64,000 bases of DNA from Chthonomonadales bacterium (GTDB taxonomy: Bacteria; Armatimonadota; Chthonomonadetes; Chthonomonadales; CAJBBX01). This document shows, piece by piece, positions 43,601-53,373 of the stretch. The stretch lies in contig JBMFSQ010000007.1 in assembly GCA_049967475.1 (NCBI GenBank), forward strand, positions 32,001-96,000. The letters run 5' to 3'. The position numbers were made by a program, and so were the translations under genes. Each line of letters begins with the position of its first letter. Position 1 is the stretch's first letter. A model generated the notes under the pieces. The model worked only from the letters and a program-made list of their open reading frames with translations, ran no database searches and was not told the DNA's origin.

Positions 43601-45361
43601 ATGGGCTACCGCGGTTACACCGCCGGCCTGCTTGCTTCCATCGCAACGCTGGCGTTGTGCTGTGTGCTGATGGCGGCAGCGCCGGCGTGCAGGGCGCAGA
43701 ATAAGGCCGCCGGCCAGACGATCCTTGAGCGCGTGGACTTTATGGACGCGGATCTCCAACAGGCCGTGAACTCTCTCGTGAAGATGACGGGCATCGAAAT
43801 CGGTTTTGAGCCCGGAGATAAACCGTACAAGCGGATTACCCTCACACTGGAGAACCGGCCGCTGGATTTCGTGCTCAAGCGCATGTGCGAGCTTGCCGGG
43901 GCCTCGGTGCGTGAGGACAACGGCGTCTACATCATCGGCCCGAAGCAGGCCGAAGCGCCCAAGCCCGTTCAGGCAGAAGCCCCACCGCCAACGCCTGCGC
44001 CGCGGCTTCGCACCAGAGTGGAGAAGATCCGGTTGCAGAACAGCCGCCCTACCGAGATCCTTCGGTACTTCGGGGTGGACCAGAGCCCTCTCGGCGAAGA
44101 GGAGCAGGCGCGGTACGAGCGGTTTGCAAACAGCATCAACCCCTATCGCATCGCAGAGAAGCGCTTCGGTACGGAGCCGTCGCTCCAGAACCTGAGCCCG
44201 TCTACCATCCAGAACCTTAACACTCCCCAGGTTCCGCCTGTGGTGCCTACGACGAACCCGGTAGGCCCCGCACCTCAAGAGAACCGCAGTTCGGCTCCCG
44301 GCACAGAGCAAGGTCAGGGGTACGGAGGTGGTTTCGGAGGCATTGGCGGTATCGGCGGCGGCTTCGGCGGGCGCGGCGGCTTCGGAGGCGGCTTGGGCGG
44401 CTTCGGTGGCCAGGGTGGTTTCGGCGGCGGCCGGGGCGGCTTTGGAGGCTTCGGGGGGCAGGGCGGCATCGGTGGCGGCTTCGGCGGTCAAGGGGGCGGC
44501 TTTGCCCAATACCTTGTTCCGGAAGGCGTTCAGGCCATCATCGGCTATGACGTGGATAACTCCATCATCGTCGTAGGAACCGACGACGCCATCCGCGAGA
44601 TGAAGCAGCGCATCAATCTGCTTGATATCGCTCCCAAACAGGTGGAGATCCGGGCCGAGTTCGTGACCGTATCCGAGAATGATCTTCGGACCTTCGGCAT
44701 TGACTGGCAGATCCAGCGTGCGGACTTCCAAGCGGGTACAACAGGTTTCGCCGGCGGGCCGGTCTTCCTGAACTACGCTACGGGCAACGTGGTGGCAGCT
44801 TTGCGCACCACTCTGACGGAAGGCAAGGGCCGCATCATCAACTCGCCTATGGTGACGACGTTGAATAACGTGCCGGTGACCATTCAGATTGGCCGCGAGG
44901 TTCCCGTATTCGTTACCAGCCCCATCGCTGCCGGCAACGGTACCGTAGTGCTGCAGACCGCCCTCATACCTGTGGGCGTCTTCAGCGGTTTGACGGTGTG
45001 GCCGCGCATCAATGGGGATGACAGCATCTCCATGTATGTAGAGCCGTTCCTCCAAGACATCGTGGGAACGGTTACAGGGCCCGATGGTACGACGGCGCCC
45101 ATCATCACCACGCAAGACATCGCCGTGAACCGCCGCATTCGGAACGATGACACCATGGTGATCGGTGGGTTGATCTCGAAGAACGACACCACGTCCATCA
45201 ACAAGGTGCCCCTGTTTGCGGATTTGCCGCTGATTGGGCAGTTCTTTAAGTCCACCAGCGTGACTGTGAATGATGAGGAGTTGCTCATCTTCGTGACGCC
45301 GCATATTATCCGGGACACCCCGCCTGCAGGCCCCACAGTGAGCGGAGGCGTATCGCCGTAG
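43601..45361 (+). CDS. pilQ: Outer-membrane secretin (PilQ/GspD family) with Gly-Phe insert
   Basis: Signal peptide, N0 domain, N3 'NSIIVVGT...I..LD....QV.I.AEFV', 'P...TLNN', 'T.VIGGL', 'KVPL..DLPLIG.FF', 'ELLIFVTP.II'. Confidence 0.88.
   Translation: MGYRGYTAGLLASIATLALCCVLMAAAPACRAQNKAAGQTILERVDFMDADLQQAVNSLVKMTGIEIGFEPGDKPYKRITLTLENRPLDFVLKRMCELAGASVREDNGVYIIGPKQAEAPKPVQAEAPPPTPAPRLRTRVEKIRLQNSRPTEILRYFGVDQSPLGEEEQARYERFANSINPYRIAEKRFGTEPSLQNLSPSTIQNLNTPQVPPVVPTTNPVGPAPQENRSSAPGTEQGQGYGGGFGGIGGIGGGFGGRGGFGGGLGGFGGQGGFGGGRGGFGGFGGQGGIGGGFGGQGGGFAQYLVPEGVQAIIGYDVDNSIIVVGTDDAIREMKQRINLLDIAPKQVEIRAEFVTVSENDLRTFGIDWQIQRADFQAGTTGFAGGPVFLNYATGNVVAALRTTLTEGKGRIINSPMVTTLNNVPVTIQIGREVPVFVTSPIAAGNGTVVLQTALIPVGVFSGLTVWPRINGDDSISMYVEPFLQDIVGTVTGPDGTTAPIITTQDIAVNRRIRNDDTMVIGGLISKNDTTSINKVPLFADLPLIGQFFKSTSVTVNDEELLIFVTPHIIRDTPPAGPTVSGGVSP
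44318..44503 (+). repeat. Gly-Phe low-complexity segment inside the secretin
   Basis: GYGGGFGGIGGIGGGFGGRGGFGGGLGGFGGQGGFGGGRGGFGGFGGQGGIGGGFGGQGGGF (9 Phe). Confidence 0.9.
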
Positions 45362-45383
45362 TTTGGAGATCAGGCTGTCAGTG

Positions 45384-45419
45384 GGGGAGCGGCGGCCAGG
45401 TGCTACCGCTCCCCTTTTT
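45384..45419 (+). terminator. Rho-independent terminator after the secretin
   Basis: GGGGAGCGG...CCGCTCCCC followed by TTTTT. Confidence 0.8.
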
Positions 45420-45466
45420 GTGTTCCCATCTGTAGCGGAGGCAGCGGCTAAGGAGGTGTCGGACCA

Positions 45467-46639
45467 GTGCTACGCTTTATGACCGGCGGAGAATCGCACG
45501 GACCTGCGCTTTCGGCGATTGTGGAGGGTCTCCCGGCAGGGCTTACGGTGGATTTCGATGAGATCAACCGGCAGTTGCGGCGCAGGCAGGGAGGCTATGG
45601 CCGGGGCGCCCGCCAGCAGATCGAGAAGGATCGCGTGGAGATCGTGAGCGGCGTGCGTTTAGGGCGAACGCTTGGCAGCCCCATTACTCTGCTGGTGCGC
45701 AATCGCGACTTTGAAAATTGGCTGGACCGCATGAGTGTCGAGCCAAGGGAAGGCGAACCGCCGCCGGTGGTGGAAGCGCGGCCAGGCCATGCCGATTTCG
45801 CCGGGATGCTCAAGTACGCTACGAACGATCTCCGGAACATTTTGGAGCGCTCCAGTGCGCGGAACACGGTGTCGCTGGTGGCGGTTGGGGCCCTTTGCCG
45901 CGGCCTGCTGAGGGAATGCTCGATCCGCATCATGAGCCACGTCACCTGCCTCGGCGGCATTCAGGTTGAGCTTCCGGAACCTGTGGATTACGCCGCCCTC
46001 GAGCGGGCCGCCGAGGCGTCGCCCGTGCGTGTAGCCGATGCTGCTGCGGAGAAGCGCATCCTCGCTGCCATAGATGAAGCGGGCGCTCGGGGAGACACCT
46101 TGGGAGGCGTCTTTGAGGTGGTGGCCCTGGGATGTCCGCCGGGTTTGGGCAGCCACGCGAGTTGGGATCGAAGGCTGGACGGACGGCTCGCCGGCGCCTT
46201 GATGGGCATCCAGGCTATTAAGGGCGTGGAGATCGGTATGGGCTTCGGCGTAGCCTGGCGCCCGGGTTCCCAAGTTCATGATGAAATCTTTCCTACCGGC
46301 GGCCACGGCTTCATGCGGCGCACCAACAATGCAGGAGGCTTGGAGGGAGGAATGACCAACGGCGAGCCTGTAGTAGTGCGCGCCGCCATGAAGCCGTTAT
46401 CAACCCTGAAGAAGCCCTTGCGGTCCGTCAATATGCAGACAGGTGAGGCGGTCCAAGCCCATTTCGAGCGTTCGGACGTATGCGCAGTTCCAGCCGCAGC
46501 CGTAATCGGTGAGGCGATGGTGGCCATCGTTCTCGCCGAGGCCGTGCTCGAGAAGTTTGGCGGAGACAGCATGGAGGAGCTTTTGCGGAACCTTTCGGGA
46601 TACCGTGAGGCTGTGGGGAGGCGCGGATACCGGCCATGA
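45467..46639 (+). CDS. aroC: Chorismate synthase
   Basis: 'TGGESHG', 'RPGHAD', 'ERSSAR', 'GDTLGG', 'NNAGGLEGGMTNG', 'RSDVCAVPAA'. Confidence 0.97.
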   Translation: MLRFMTGGESHGPALSAIVEGLPAGLTVDFDEINRQLRRRQGGYGRGARQQIEKDRVEIVSGVRLGRTLGSPITLLVRNRDFENWLDRMSVEPREGEPPPVVEARPGHADFAGMLKYATNDLRNILERSSARNTVSLVAVGALCRGLLRECSIRIMSHVTCLGGIQVELPEPVDYAALERAAEASPVRVADAAAEKRILAAIDEAGARGDTLGGVFEVVALGCPPGLGSHASWDRRLDGRLAGALMGIQAIKGVEIGMGFGVAWRPGSQVHDEIFPTGGHGFMRRTNNAGGLEGGMTNGEPVVVRAAMKPLSTLKKPLRSVNMQTGEAVQAHFERSDVCAVPAAAVIGEAMVAIVLAEAVLEKFGGDSMEELLRNLSGYREAVGRRGYRP

Positions 46640-47253
46640 GGCAGGCCGATCCCATAGGCAAGGTACTGCCGGATGCGCCGCAAGGTCCGGGCCGCAGCGA
46701 CCCTCCCAACCTGGTGTTGATCGGCTTCATGGCAACGGGGAAGTCTTCCATCGGGCGCCGGTGCGCGCGGGTATTGGGCTTCCGCTTCTACGACAGCGAT
46801 CAGGAAGTGGTGCGCATGGCGGGCAAGCCCATTCCCGAGATCTTTGCGGAGGAGGGAGAGGCTGCATTCCGATCGCTGGAAGCTGCGGCAATCCGCAGGC
46901 TGGCGTGCCTTCGGCGCATCGTGCTGGCCACGGGCGGCGGCGCCGCCTTGAACGCGGTCAACGTGGCGCGTATGCGCCGGAGAGGGGTAGTGGTGCTGCT
47001 CCAAGCCGACCCTCAGGAGATTTTGCGGCGCGCGCGCCATGGAGCGGGCAGGCCTCTGCTGGAAGGGGCAGCGGATCCCCTGGAGCGCATTTGTGAGCTA
47101 CTACACCGCCGGCGGGACGCCTATACCGCAGCGGCCCACGCTGTTGTGGACACCACCGGACTGGATTTGGCCGGCGCCGTGGAGCGCGTGCTGGATGCCT
47201 ATCGAGCGTGCGGCGGCGTGGCTGTGGGGGAACCGGGAGAGCAAACGCAATGA
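46636..47253 (+). CDS. aroK: Shikimate kinase
   Basis: 'LIGFMATGKS', 'GE.AFR.LE', 'ATGGG', 'RPLL'. Confidence 0.94.
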   Translation: MRQADPIGKVLPDAPQGPGRSDPPNLVLIGFMATGKSSIGRRCARVLGFRFYDSDQEVVRMAGKPIPEIFAEEGEAAFRSLEAAAIRRLACLRRIVLATGGGAALNAVNVARMRRRGVVVLLQADPQEILRRARHGAGRPLLEGAADPLERICELLHRRRDAYTAAAHAVVDTTGLDLAGAVERVLDAYRACGGVAVGEPGEQTQ

Positions 47254-48338
47254 AGCGCGTTCGCGTTCGATTGGCGGCGCGGAGCTACGATATCCGGATT
47301 GGGCCGGGCATCCTCCGCCACATTGCCGCCGATGTTTTGGAGGAGCTTCGACCATCGAGTGTGGTTCTCATCAGCCACCCAAAATTGGCGGACTGGTATG
47401 CCCGGCCCATTGCGGAAGGCTTTGGGACCCACGGCGTGCGCACCTGCAATGTGACCGTGCCGCCCGGCGAACGACACAAGAACCTGCGGACGGTGGCCAG
47501 GCTCTATAAAGCCCTTGTGCAAGCAGGAGCGGATCGGCAGACCCTCCTCGTTGTAGTGGGCGGCGGTGTCTTGGGCGACGTAGGCGGGTTTGTAGCGGCT
47601 ACCTATATGCGATCCATTCCCTTCATCCAGGTACCCACGACCCTTCTGGCGCAGGTGGATGCGTCTATAGGCGGAAAGACGGGCGTGGATCTGGAGGAGG
47701 GGAAGAACCTGATCGGCGCTTTTTACCAGCCGCTGGGGGTGTATGCGGACACGGACACCCTGGCCACCCTGCCTGCGCGCGAGCTCAGATGCGGCCTTGC
47801 CGAGGTGGTTAAGTATGGTATAATCAGCGACGAACGCTTATTGGCATTTGTGGAGGCGCACGCCGGGCGGTTGCTTCGGCGCGATACATCGGCTTTGGCG
47901 CATGTGGTGCAGCGTTCGTGCGCCATCAAGGCCCGCATCGTAGCCGCAGATGAGACCGAACGCGGTCCGCGCGCCGTGCTGAATTTCGGGCACACGGTGG
48001 GGCATGCGCTAGAAGCGTGTACAGGGTACCGCCGGTACAGGCATGGGGAAGCAGTGGCCGCCGGAATGGTAGCGGCCGCGCGCGTGGGTGAACTGTTGGG
48101 AATTGGCCCTGCCGGCATCCGGGAACGCATTGTGCGCGTGCTTCAGTCCCTCCGGCTGCCTACATCGCTTCCGGCAAATGTTGCAGCAGAGGACCTGTTG
48201 GCGGCCATGGCGCGGGACAAGAAGGCTGTAGGCGGGAAGTTGCGCATGGTGCTTCCCCGCGGAATCGGGGATGTAGTGATTGTGGACGGCGTGGATCCTG
48301 GCTGCGTGCGCAGGGCTTTGGCGGAGCTTCAGGAATGA
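47250..48338 (+). CDS. aroB: 3-dehydroquinate synthase
   Basis: 'GE..K', 'GGGVLGD', 'PTTLLAQVDASIGGKTG', 'KNLIGAF', 'LNFGHT.GHA', 'HGEAV'. Confidence 0.96.
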   Translation: MKRVRVRLAARSYDIRIGPGILRHIAADVLEELRPSSVVLISHPKLADWYARPIAEGFGTHGVRTCNVTVPPGERHKNLRTVARLYKALVQAGADRQTLLVVVGGGVLGDVGGFVAATYMRSIPFIQVPTTLLAQVDASIGGKTGVDLEEGKNLIGAFYQPLGVYADTDTLATLPARELRCGLAEVVKYGIISDERLLAFVEAHAGRLLRRDTSALAHVVQRSCAIKARIVAADETERGPRAVLNFGHTVGHALEACTGYRRYRHGEAVAAGMVAAARVGELLGIGPAGIRERIVRVLQSLRLPTSLPANVAAEDLLAAMARDKKAVGGKLRMVLPRGIGDVVIVDGVDPGCVRRALAELQE

Positions 48339-48595
48339 GCCAGGGCGGCAACGTGGCCGGCTCGTGTGGACCTGCAGGCGGCGCGGCGCAATGCGCTGCT
48401 GATGCGCTGCGTATGGGGCTCGCATCGCTCTGGTTGGTGCTTCCAGCCATACAATACGCCGGTACTTTGGTGCGCGCCGGGCTGTTGGGGCAGCCGTCGC
48501 TTTCCCGGTTGGCAGACCTGGACCTCACTCCCTGGTATTCGGCACTGCTGGCAGCTACCCTGCTCTTTGCACTGCTGGATCGCCGCGGCCGCTGA
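48335..48595 (+). CDS. Small hypothetical membrane protein
   Basis: ATGA-coupled to aroB; two hydrophobic segments; fills the gap before the kinase. Confidence 0.5.
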   Translation: MSQGGNVAGSCGPAGGAAQCAADALRMGLASLWLVLPAIQYAGTLVRAGLLGQPSLSRLADLDLTPWYSALLAATLLFALLDRRGR

Positions 48596-48634
48596 CACCC
48601 ACTCTTCATGGCGCGGTTACAGGAGCGGCAAGGA

Positions 48635-50491
48635 TTGATCAGTCGTCCGATCAATATGCGGTACGAAGTCCTGGAGCGTGTTGGGGAGGGCGCCTTTTTC
48701 CAGGTGTACAAGGCGCGCGACCGGACGACGGGCCGCGTTGTTGCGGTAAAGACCCTCCAACCTGCCTTCATTGCGGACCAGGCGTTTCGCAGCGCGCTTG
48801 TGGAGGCGGCAAAGAGCGTCCGCATCCTCGATCATGCCCAGATCGCGCGCGTGCTGGAGGTGGGTGAGGAGCGGGGAGCGCCCTACGTCGTAGTCGAGTT
48901 CGTGCGGGGCATCAACCTCAAACAGCGCATTGCCCGCATCGCCCCCTTTACGCTTTCCGTTGCGGTGGACTTCGCCATTGCCATCGGTGAGGCGCTCCAA
49001 TACGCTCATGGACTGGGCATGGTTCATGGCGATCTGCGTCCCGAAAATGTCATCGTCAGCCCGGAGGGCGCTGTGAAGGTGACGGATTTCGGCATGGCGG
49101 CGGCGATGGCAGCCTCGCCTGCAGCCTTTGCCGTGAACCTTCCACGGGCGGCTCCCTACCGGCCTCCGGAAGCGGTTGATGGAACCCCGCCGAGCCTATC
49201 GGGTGATCTCTACGCCTTGGGAGTGATCCTCTTTGAGATGATCACCGGGGCGTTGCCCTATGCAGGGGACACTCCCCAGGCGATTGCGGCGAGCGCAGCC
49301 CGGGATGTCGTTCCGTCGCCCCGGGCGCTCAACCCCGGTGTGCCGCGCTCCGTCGAGGGGATTGCCATGAAGGCCTTGCAGAAGCGGCCCGAAGATCGCT
49401 ACATCCATGCAGCGGACTTCCTGAGCGACCTCAAGTCCGTTCGGGATGCTTTGCGGTTCGGCCGATCCCTCTCGTGGTCGCCATCAGGCGTGTCGGCGCC
49501 GCAAAGCGGCCCGGCGCCCCAAGCGCCGCAGGCGGAATCCGCCAAGTTGCAACCCACCCAGGCACCGCGCCGCAGCGCAACAGGAGTATCAGCCATGGCC
49601 GGAAGCTCGGCACGGGATGAAGGTGTGTCTCCGCTGCTCAAGATCGCACTAGCCACCGTGGTCGTCATCATCATCACGGCAGTGGTTGCCGGTGTCGCCG
49701 CGTGGATGGCGATCATGACGAAGCCTCCAGAGCAGCGGGTTCCTAATTTGGTGGGCAAGAGGATCGAAGAGGTGCGCGCAATCGCCGAAAAGGCCAACGT
49801 GCGCCTTTTGGAACACGAAGAGTACAACGACCAATACGACCCCGGCGTGGTATTCAAAGCCGATTGGGCTCCCGGCCGGCCCATTGCGCCTGGGCGCACC
49901 ATCCCGGTATGGGTGAGCAAGGGATCGCGCATGGTGTGGGTCCCCAGCGTTCTTGGCAAGACGCCTCAGGATGCCGAGGACACCTTGAAGGCCCAGGGGC
50001 TCACTCTGGGGGAAGTAGACCGCCAATACAGTGACACGTTCCCCTTTGGGGAGGTCATGGCGCAGAACCCAAGGGCCGGCAAACGGGTTCCGCGGGATCA
50101 GCCGGTGAACCTTACCATCAGCGACGGCCCCAAGCCCCAGGCTGAGACGCCTCCGTCGGACACGGGTTCACCGAATGAGGCGGCGCCCAGTACCCCGCCC
50201 TCTGAAGCCGCCCCTGGCGGGGAGGGGATTGGCGCGGGCAACCAGGTGAGCATTCAGCGCATCCGGGTGACGGTTCCTAGGGACGGCCACGGTTCGCGCA
50301 GGGTGCGCGTGGAATACGATGACGCCAACGGAACCCACACACCCATTGATGAGCTCCACAATGAGGGCGATGTGGTATCCAAACGTGTGGAGGTGGCAGG
50401 ACCCACGATGACGGTGCGCGTTTACTATAATGATGATGTGAACCCTGCTGTAGAGCAGACGGTGCCGGTATCGCCGGGGGCGCAGCGATGA
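48635..50491 (+). CDS. PknB/PrkC-like Ser/Thr kinase with TM and two PASTA domains (atypical catalytic loop)
   Basis: GEG loop, VAVK, HGDLRPEN, DFG, 'DLYALGV.LFEM', TM, PASTA 'VPNLVG' and 'VPSVLG'. TTG start after AGGAG. Confidence 0.88.
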   Translation: MISRPINMRYEVLERVGEGAFFQVYKARDRTTGRVVAVKTLQPAFIADQAFRSALVEAAKSVRILDHAQIARVLEVGEERGAPYVVVEFVRGINLKQRIARIAPFTLSVAVDFAIAIGEALQYAHGLGMVHGDLRPENVIVSPEGAVKVTDFGMAAAMAASPAAFAVNLPRAAPYRPPEAVDGTPPSLSGDLYALGVILFEMITGALPYAGDTPQAIAASAARDVVPSPRALNPGVPRSVEGIAMKALQKRPEDRYIHAADFLSDLKSVRDALRFGRSLSWSPSGVSAPQSGPAPQAPQAESAKLQPTQAPRRSATGVSAMAGSSARDEGVSPLLKIALATVVVIIITAVVAGVAAWMAIMTKPPEQRVPNLVGKRIEEVRAIAEKANVRLLEHEEYNDQYDPGVVFKADWAPGRPIAPGRTIPVWVSKGSRMVWVPSVLGKTPQDAEDTLKAQGLTLGEVDRQYSDTFPFGEVMAQNPRAGKRVPRDQPVNLTISDGPKPQAETPPSDTGSPNEAAPSTPPSEAAPGGEGIGAGNQVSIQRIRVTVPRDGHGSRRVRVEYDDANGTHTPIDELHNEGDVVSKRVEVAGPTMTVRVYYNDDVNPAVEQTVPVSPGAQR

Positions 50492-51168
50492 ACGTACGCA
50501 TCGCGCCTTCGCTGCTCTCTGCAGATTTTGGGGCGTTGGCCGAGGCAGCCCGCGTGTGCCACGATGCCGGTGCCGAGAGCCTCCACTTCGACGTGATGGA
50601 CGGCCAATTCGTTCCCAACCTCACGTTCGGTGCCCAGGTTCTGGCTGCATTGCGGTCTGCGTCTCCTGCGCGCTTCGAGGCCCATTTGATGGTGGTTCAG
50701 CCGGAGCGCTTCATCGAAGCCTTTGTTGAAGCCGGGGCAGATGTGGTGACCGTCCAGGCAGAGGCATGCATCCATCTGCAGCGAATTCTGGCGCAGATAC
50801 GGCAGGCGGGCGCTGCCGCAGGCGTAGCATTGAACCCTGCCACACCCCTGGATGTACTGGACTACCTATTGGACGATGTGGATCTCGTTCTGGTCATGAC
50901 GGTGAACCCGGGTTTCGGCGGGCAGACTTTTTTGCCTGCCATGATGCGCAAGATCGAGCAGGCACGGCAGCTCCTGGATGCGTCCGGGAGGTGCATCGAG
51001 CTGGAAGTGGATGGAGGCGTGGAACCCGGCAATGCGGCCAGGGTAGTACGGGCGGGCGCCCACACATTGGTCGCGGGAACGAGCGTTTTCGGCCATCCCG
51101 GCGGGGCAGCGGCGGGCATTAGGGCCCTGCGCGAAGCGGCTGTGGGGGAAGGGATGAATGGCGCCTGA
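50488..51168 (+). CDS. rpe: Ribulose-phosphate 3-epimerase
   Basis: 'IAPSLLSADF', 'HFDVMDG.FVPN', 'MTVNPGFGGQ', 'EVDGG'. Confidence 0.96.
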   Translation: MNVRIAPSLLSADFGALAEAARVCHDAGAESLHFDVMDGQFVPNLTFGAQVLAALRSASPARFEAHLMVVQPERFIEAFVEAGADVVTVQAEACIHLQRILAQIRQAGAAAGVALNPATPLDVLDYLLDDVDLVLVMTVNPGFGGQTFLPAMMRKIEQARQLLDASGRCIELEVDGGVEPGNAARVVRAGAHTLVAGTSVFGHPGGAAAGIRALREAAVGEGMNGA

Positions 51169-51535
51169 TGCGCTGCCTCCCCAGGTTCGTTTCCGCCTGA
51201 CGCCCCGTCAGCGGCGGCTGAGGTGGATTTCTGCGATCATCCTCGTGGTAGTGGCAGGTATGATCGTGTTCGGTGCCACAAGCCCTCTCTTTCACCCGAT
51301 CCATCCGGCCGTTCTCACTCCCCTGGTCCGCCGGCAGATCAAGGTGCGCATACTGTTCGTAGGCTTCTACTGGATTGTTTGCTCTCTGCTGGCGTCTTTG
51401 CTGTTCCTCTTGGCGTGGCTCGATATCCGGGAAGTCCAGCGGACGCTCTATGCAGCCAGAAAGGAAGTATGGCAGGATGCAGCGCGGCAGGCTCGGGAGC
51501 GCCTAGGGAGGCGGCGCGGCGATGGCCAAGGTTAG
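51158..51535 (+). CDS. Hypothetical membrane protein (2 TM)
   Basis: Two hydrophobic helices; overlaps both neighbours in operon fashion. Confidence 0.6.
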   Translation: MAPDALPPQVRFRLTPRQRRLRWISAIILVVVAGMIVFGATSPLFHPIHPAVLTPLVRRQIKVRILFVGFYWIVCSLLASLLFLLAWLDIREVQRTLYAARKEVWQDAARQARERLGRRRGDGQG

Positions 51536-52658
51536 CAAGGAAGACGTGCGTTGGATGCGCCGGGCGCTGAGGCTGGCTGCCAAGGGCTTCACGCCGCCGA
51601 ACCCTATGGTGGGCTGTGTTTTGGTTCGAGACGGCGTAGTGGTGGGGGAGGGGTATCACCGCTGCGCAGGAGAGGATCACGCGGAAGTAGCAGCTTTGAA
51701 GGCAGCGGCCGGCAAGGCGAGAGGCGCCACCGCCTACGTGACGCTCGAACCTTGTGCTCATCACGGACGGACACCTCCGTGCACGCAGGCCCTCGCGGCG
51801 GCCGGTGTGGCCCGTGTCGTTGCGGCTGTGGAGGATCCCAACCCGTTGGTGCGCGGGAGGGGATTGCGGGAACTGGCCGCTGCGGGGATCGAGGTGCAGG
51901 TGTCCGTTCTGGAGGCTGAGGCTCGGAGCCTCAATGCCGCCTTCTTCCATTACCATGCCACAGGGATGCCCTATGTGTCGCTCAAGTGCGCCATGACGCT
52001 GGACGGGAAGATTGCCACGCGCACCGGCGACAGCCGGTGGATTACAGGGCCCAAGGCGCGCGCCTATGCCCATGCGCTTCGTGCGCGAAGTGGAGCCGTG
52101 CTCTGCGGCATCGGTACCGTTTTGGCGGATGATCCTTTGCTCACAGCCCGCATCCCTGGTGTTCCGCGACAGCCCGTGCGCATCGTATTGGATGCGCATC
52201 TGCGCATTCCGCTGGGTTCGCATCTAGTTCGGAGTATCGGCGACGCGCCCCTCTGGGTGGCGACGGCCGTTCCATCCGATGACGACCGGGCCCGGAGGCT
52301 GGCACAAATAGGCGTTGAGATTTTGGTGCTTCCTGCCGATAAAGAAGGGAAGCTATTCCTCCCTGCTCTGCTGGAGGAGCTCGGCCGGCGCGGCATCATC
52401 AGTGTGTTGGTGGAAGGGGGCGGTCAGGTGCATGCCAGTTTTTTGGAGGCGCAGGCTGCACACCGCATCCATTGGTTCGTGGCTCCGCGCCTGGTAGGGG
52501 GCGCGGATGCGCCTTCCCCTGTGGAGGGCGTAGGCGTGGACCGCATGTCCGCTGCCACGTCCGTGACGGGTCTCTCGGTCCGGCGGATCGGGAAGGATCT
52601 GCTCCTCGAGGGAGAGCTTCAGTACGGCGGATCGGCGGCGCCATGCGACGCATCCTAG
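51522..52658 (+). CDS. ribD: Riboflavin biosynthesis deaminase/reductase
   Basis: 'PNP.VG', 'HAE', 'TLEPC.H.GRTPPC', 'TLDGKIA', 'DDPLLT.R', 'VEGG'. Confidence 0.96.
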   Translation: MAKVSKEDVRWMRRALRLAAKGFTPPNPMVGCVLVRDGVVVGEGYHRCAGEDHAEVAALKAAAGKARGATAYVTLEPCAHHGRTPPCTQALAAAGVARVVAAVEDPNPLVRGRGLRELAAAGIEVQVSVLEAEARSLNAAFFHYHATGMPYVSLKCAMTLDGKIATRTGDSRWITGPKARAYAHALRARSGAVLCGIGTVLADDPLLTARIPGVPRQPVRIVLDAHLRIPLGSHLVRSIGDAPLWVATAVPSDDDRARRLAQIGVEILVLPADKEGKLFLPALLEELGRRGIISVLVEGGGQVHASFLEAQAAHRIHWFVAPRLVGGADAPSPVEGVGVDRMSAATSVTGLSVRRIGKDLLLEGELQYGGSAAPCDAS

Positions 52659-53248
52659 CATCTACGCTAACATTGTGTTTGGTCATGCTGGCAGCGGGTT
52701 ACTCTGCCGAACTGTTTACGGGCGAAGTCCGCTATGAAGAGGGCTGCATCCTTTGTCGGGCCATCCGCGTCACAGGCAGACGCTACGGAGTGAGCTACAC
52801 CCGGGTAGAAGAGAACGCCATGACGCAATGGTACCGCCAGCATGTAGATCCGCTCCACGGCCTCGATCCTCAGCATCCCCATATCTGGCGTCAGAGTGCC
52901 TGCACTGTTGTGAAGAACCGCGGCTGGGGTGTAGCGGACTACAATTGTGCGTGGGTGTCGCCCATCTTCCTTCTGCGCCCGGAGATCGAACTCGCCGTTC
53001 TTGGGGATATCCCCGACGCCGACACGCAACTGGCACTGATCCACTCACTCGGCACGAACCATCGTAAGGCGGCCGCTGAGCGAACGCGCCTGCTCATCGA
53101 ATACTACTACATCTACCGGGGGCACACGCCGTGGCGCGTTTGGTGGCGGGAGCACGCCCACGCCTTCGGATTGGCGCCCGCGCCGGCTGCGCGACCTACC
53201 TCCATGCACCGGACCCATCCCTACCCCGACCCATTCCTCCCCAACTGA
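52643..53248 (+). CDS. Hypothetical exported/membrane-anchored protein with CxxC
   Basis: N-terminal hydrophobic segment, CILC plus two more Cys; start overlaps the ribD end. Confidence 0.55.
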   Translation: MRRILASTLTLCLVMLAAGYSAELFTGEVRYEEGCILCRAIRVTGRRYGVSYTRVEENAMTQWYRQHVDPLHGLDPQHPHIWRQSACTVVKNRGWGVADYNCAWVSPIFLLRPEIELAVLGDIPDADTQLALIHSLGTNHRKAAAERTRLLIEYYYIYRGHTPWRVWWREHAHAFGLAPAPAARPTSMHRTHPYPDPFLPN

Positions 53249-53373
53249 TCCCAACTCGTGCGATTGCGTTCCCTGCACCTTCCGCGCCTGCATCGGCTAC
53301 AATAGAGGCAGCCGTGCCTCACGTGATGGCCCGCGCGGCACAACGGGCAGCATGCCTCGAGGTGGAGGGAGCC

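Noticed and set aside
43583..45304. Long antisense ORFs (573 aa here; also 21973-23625, 30480-32261, 34302-36140, 36999-38408, 11189-12511)
   Set aside because: They mirror well-supported + strand genes in the antisense frame, as expected from high-GC codon bias, and show no recognisable motifs.
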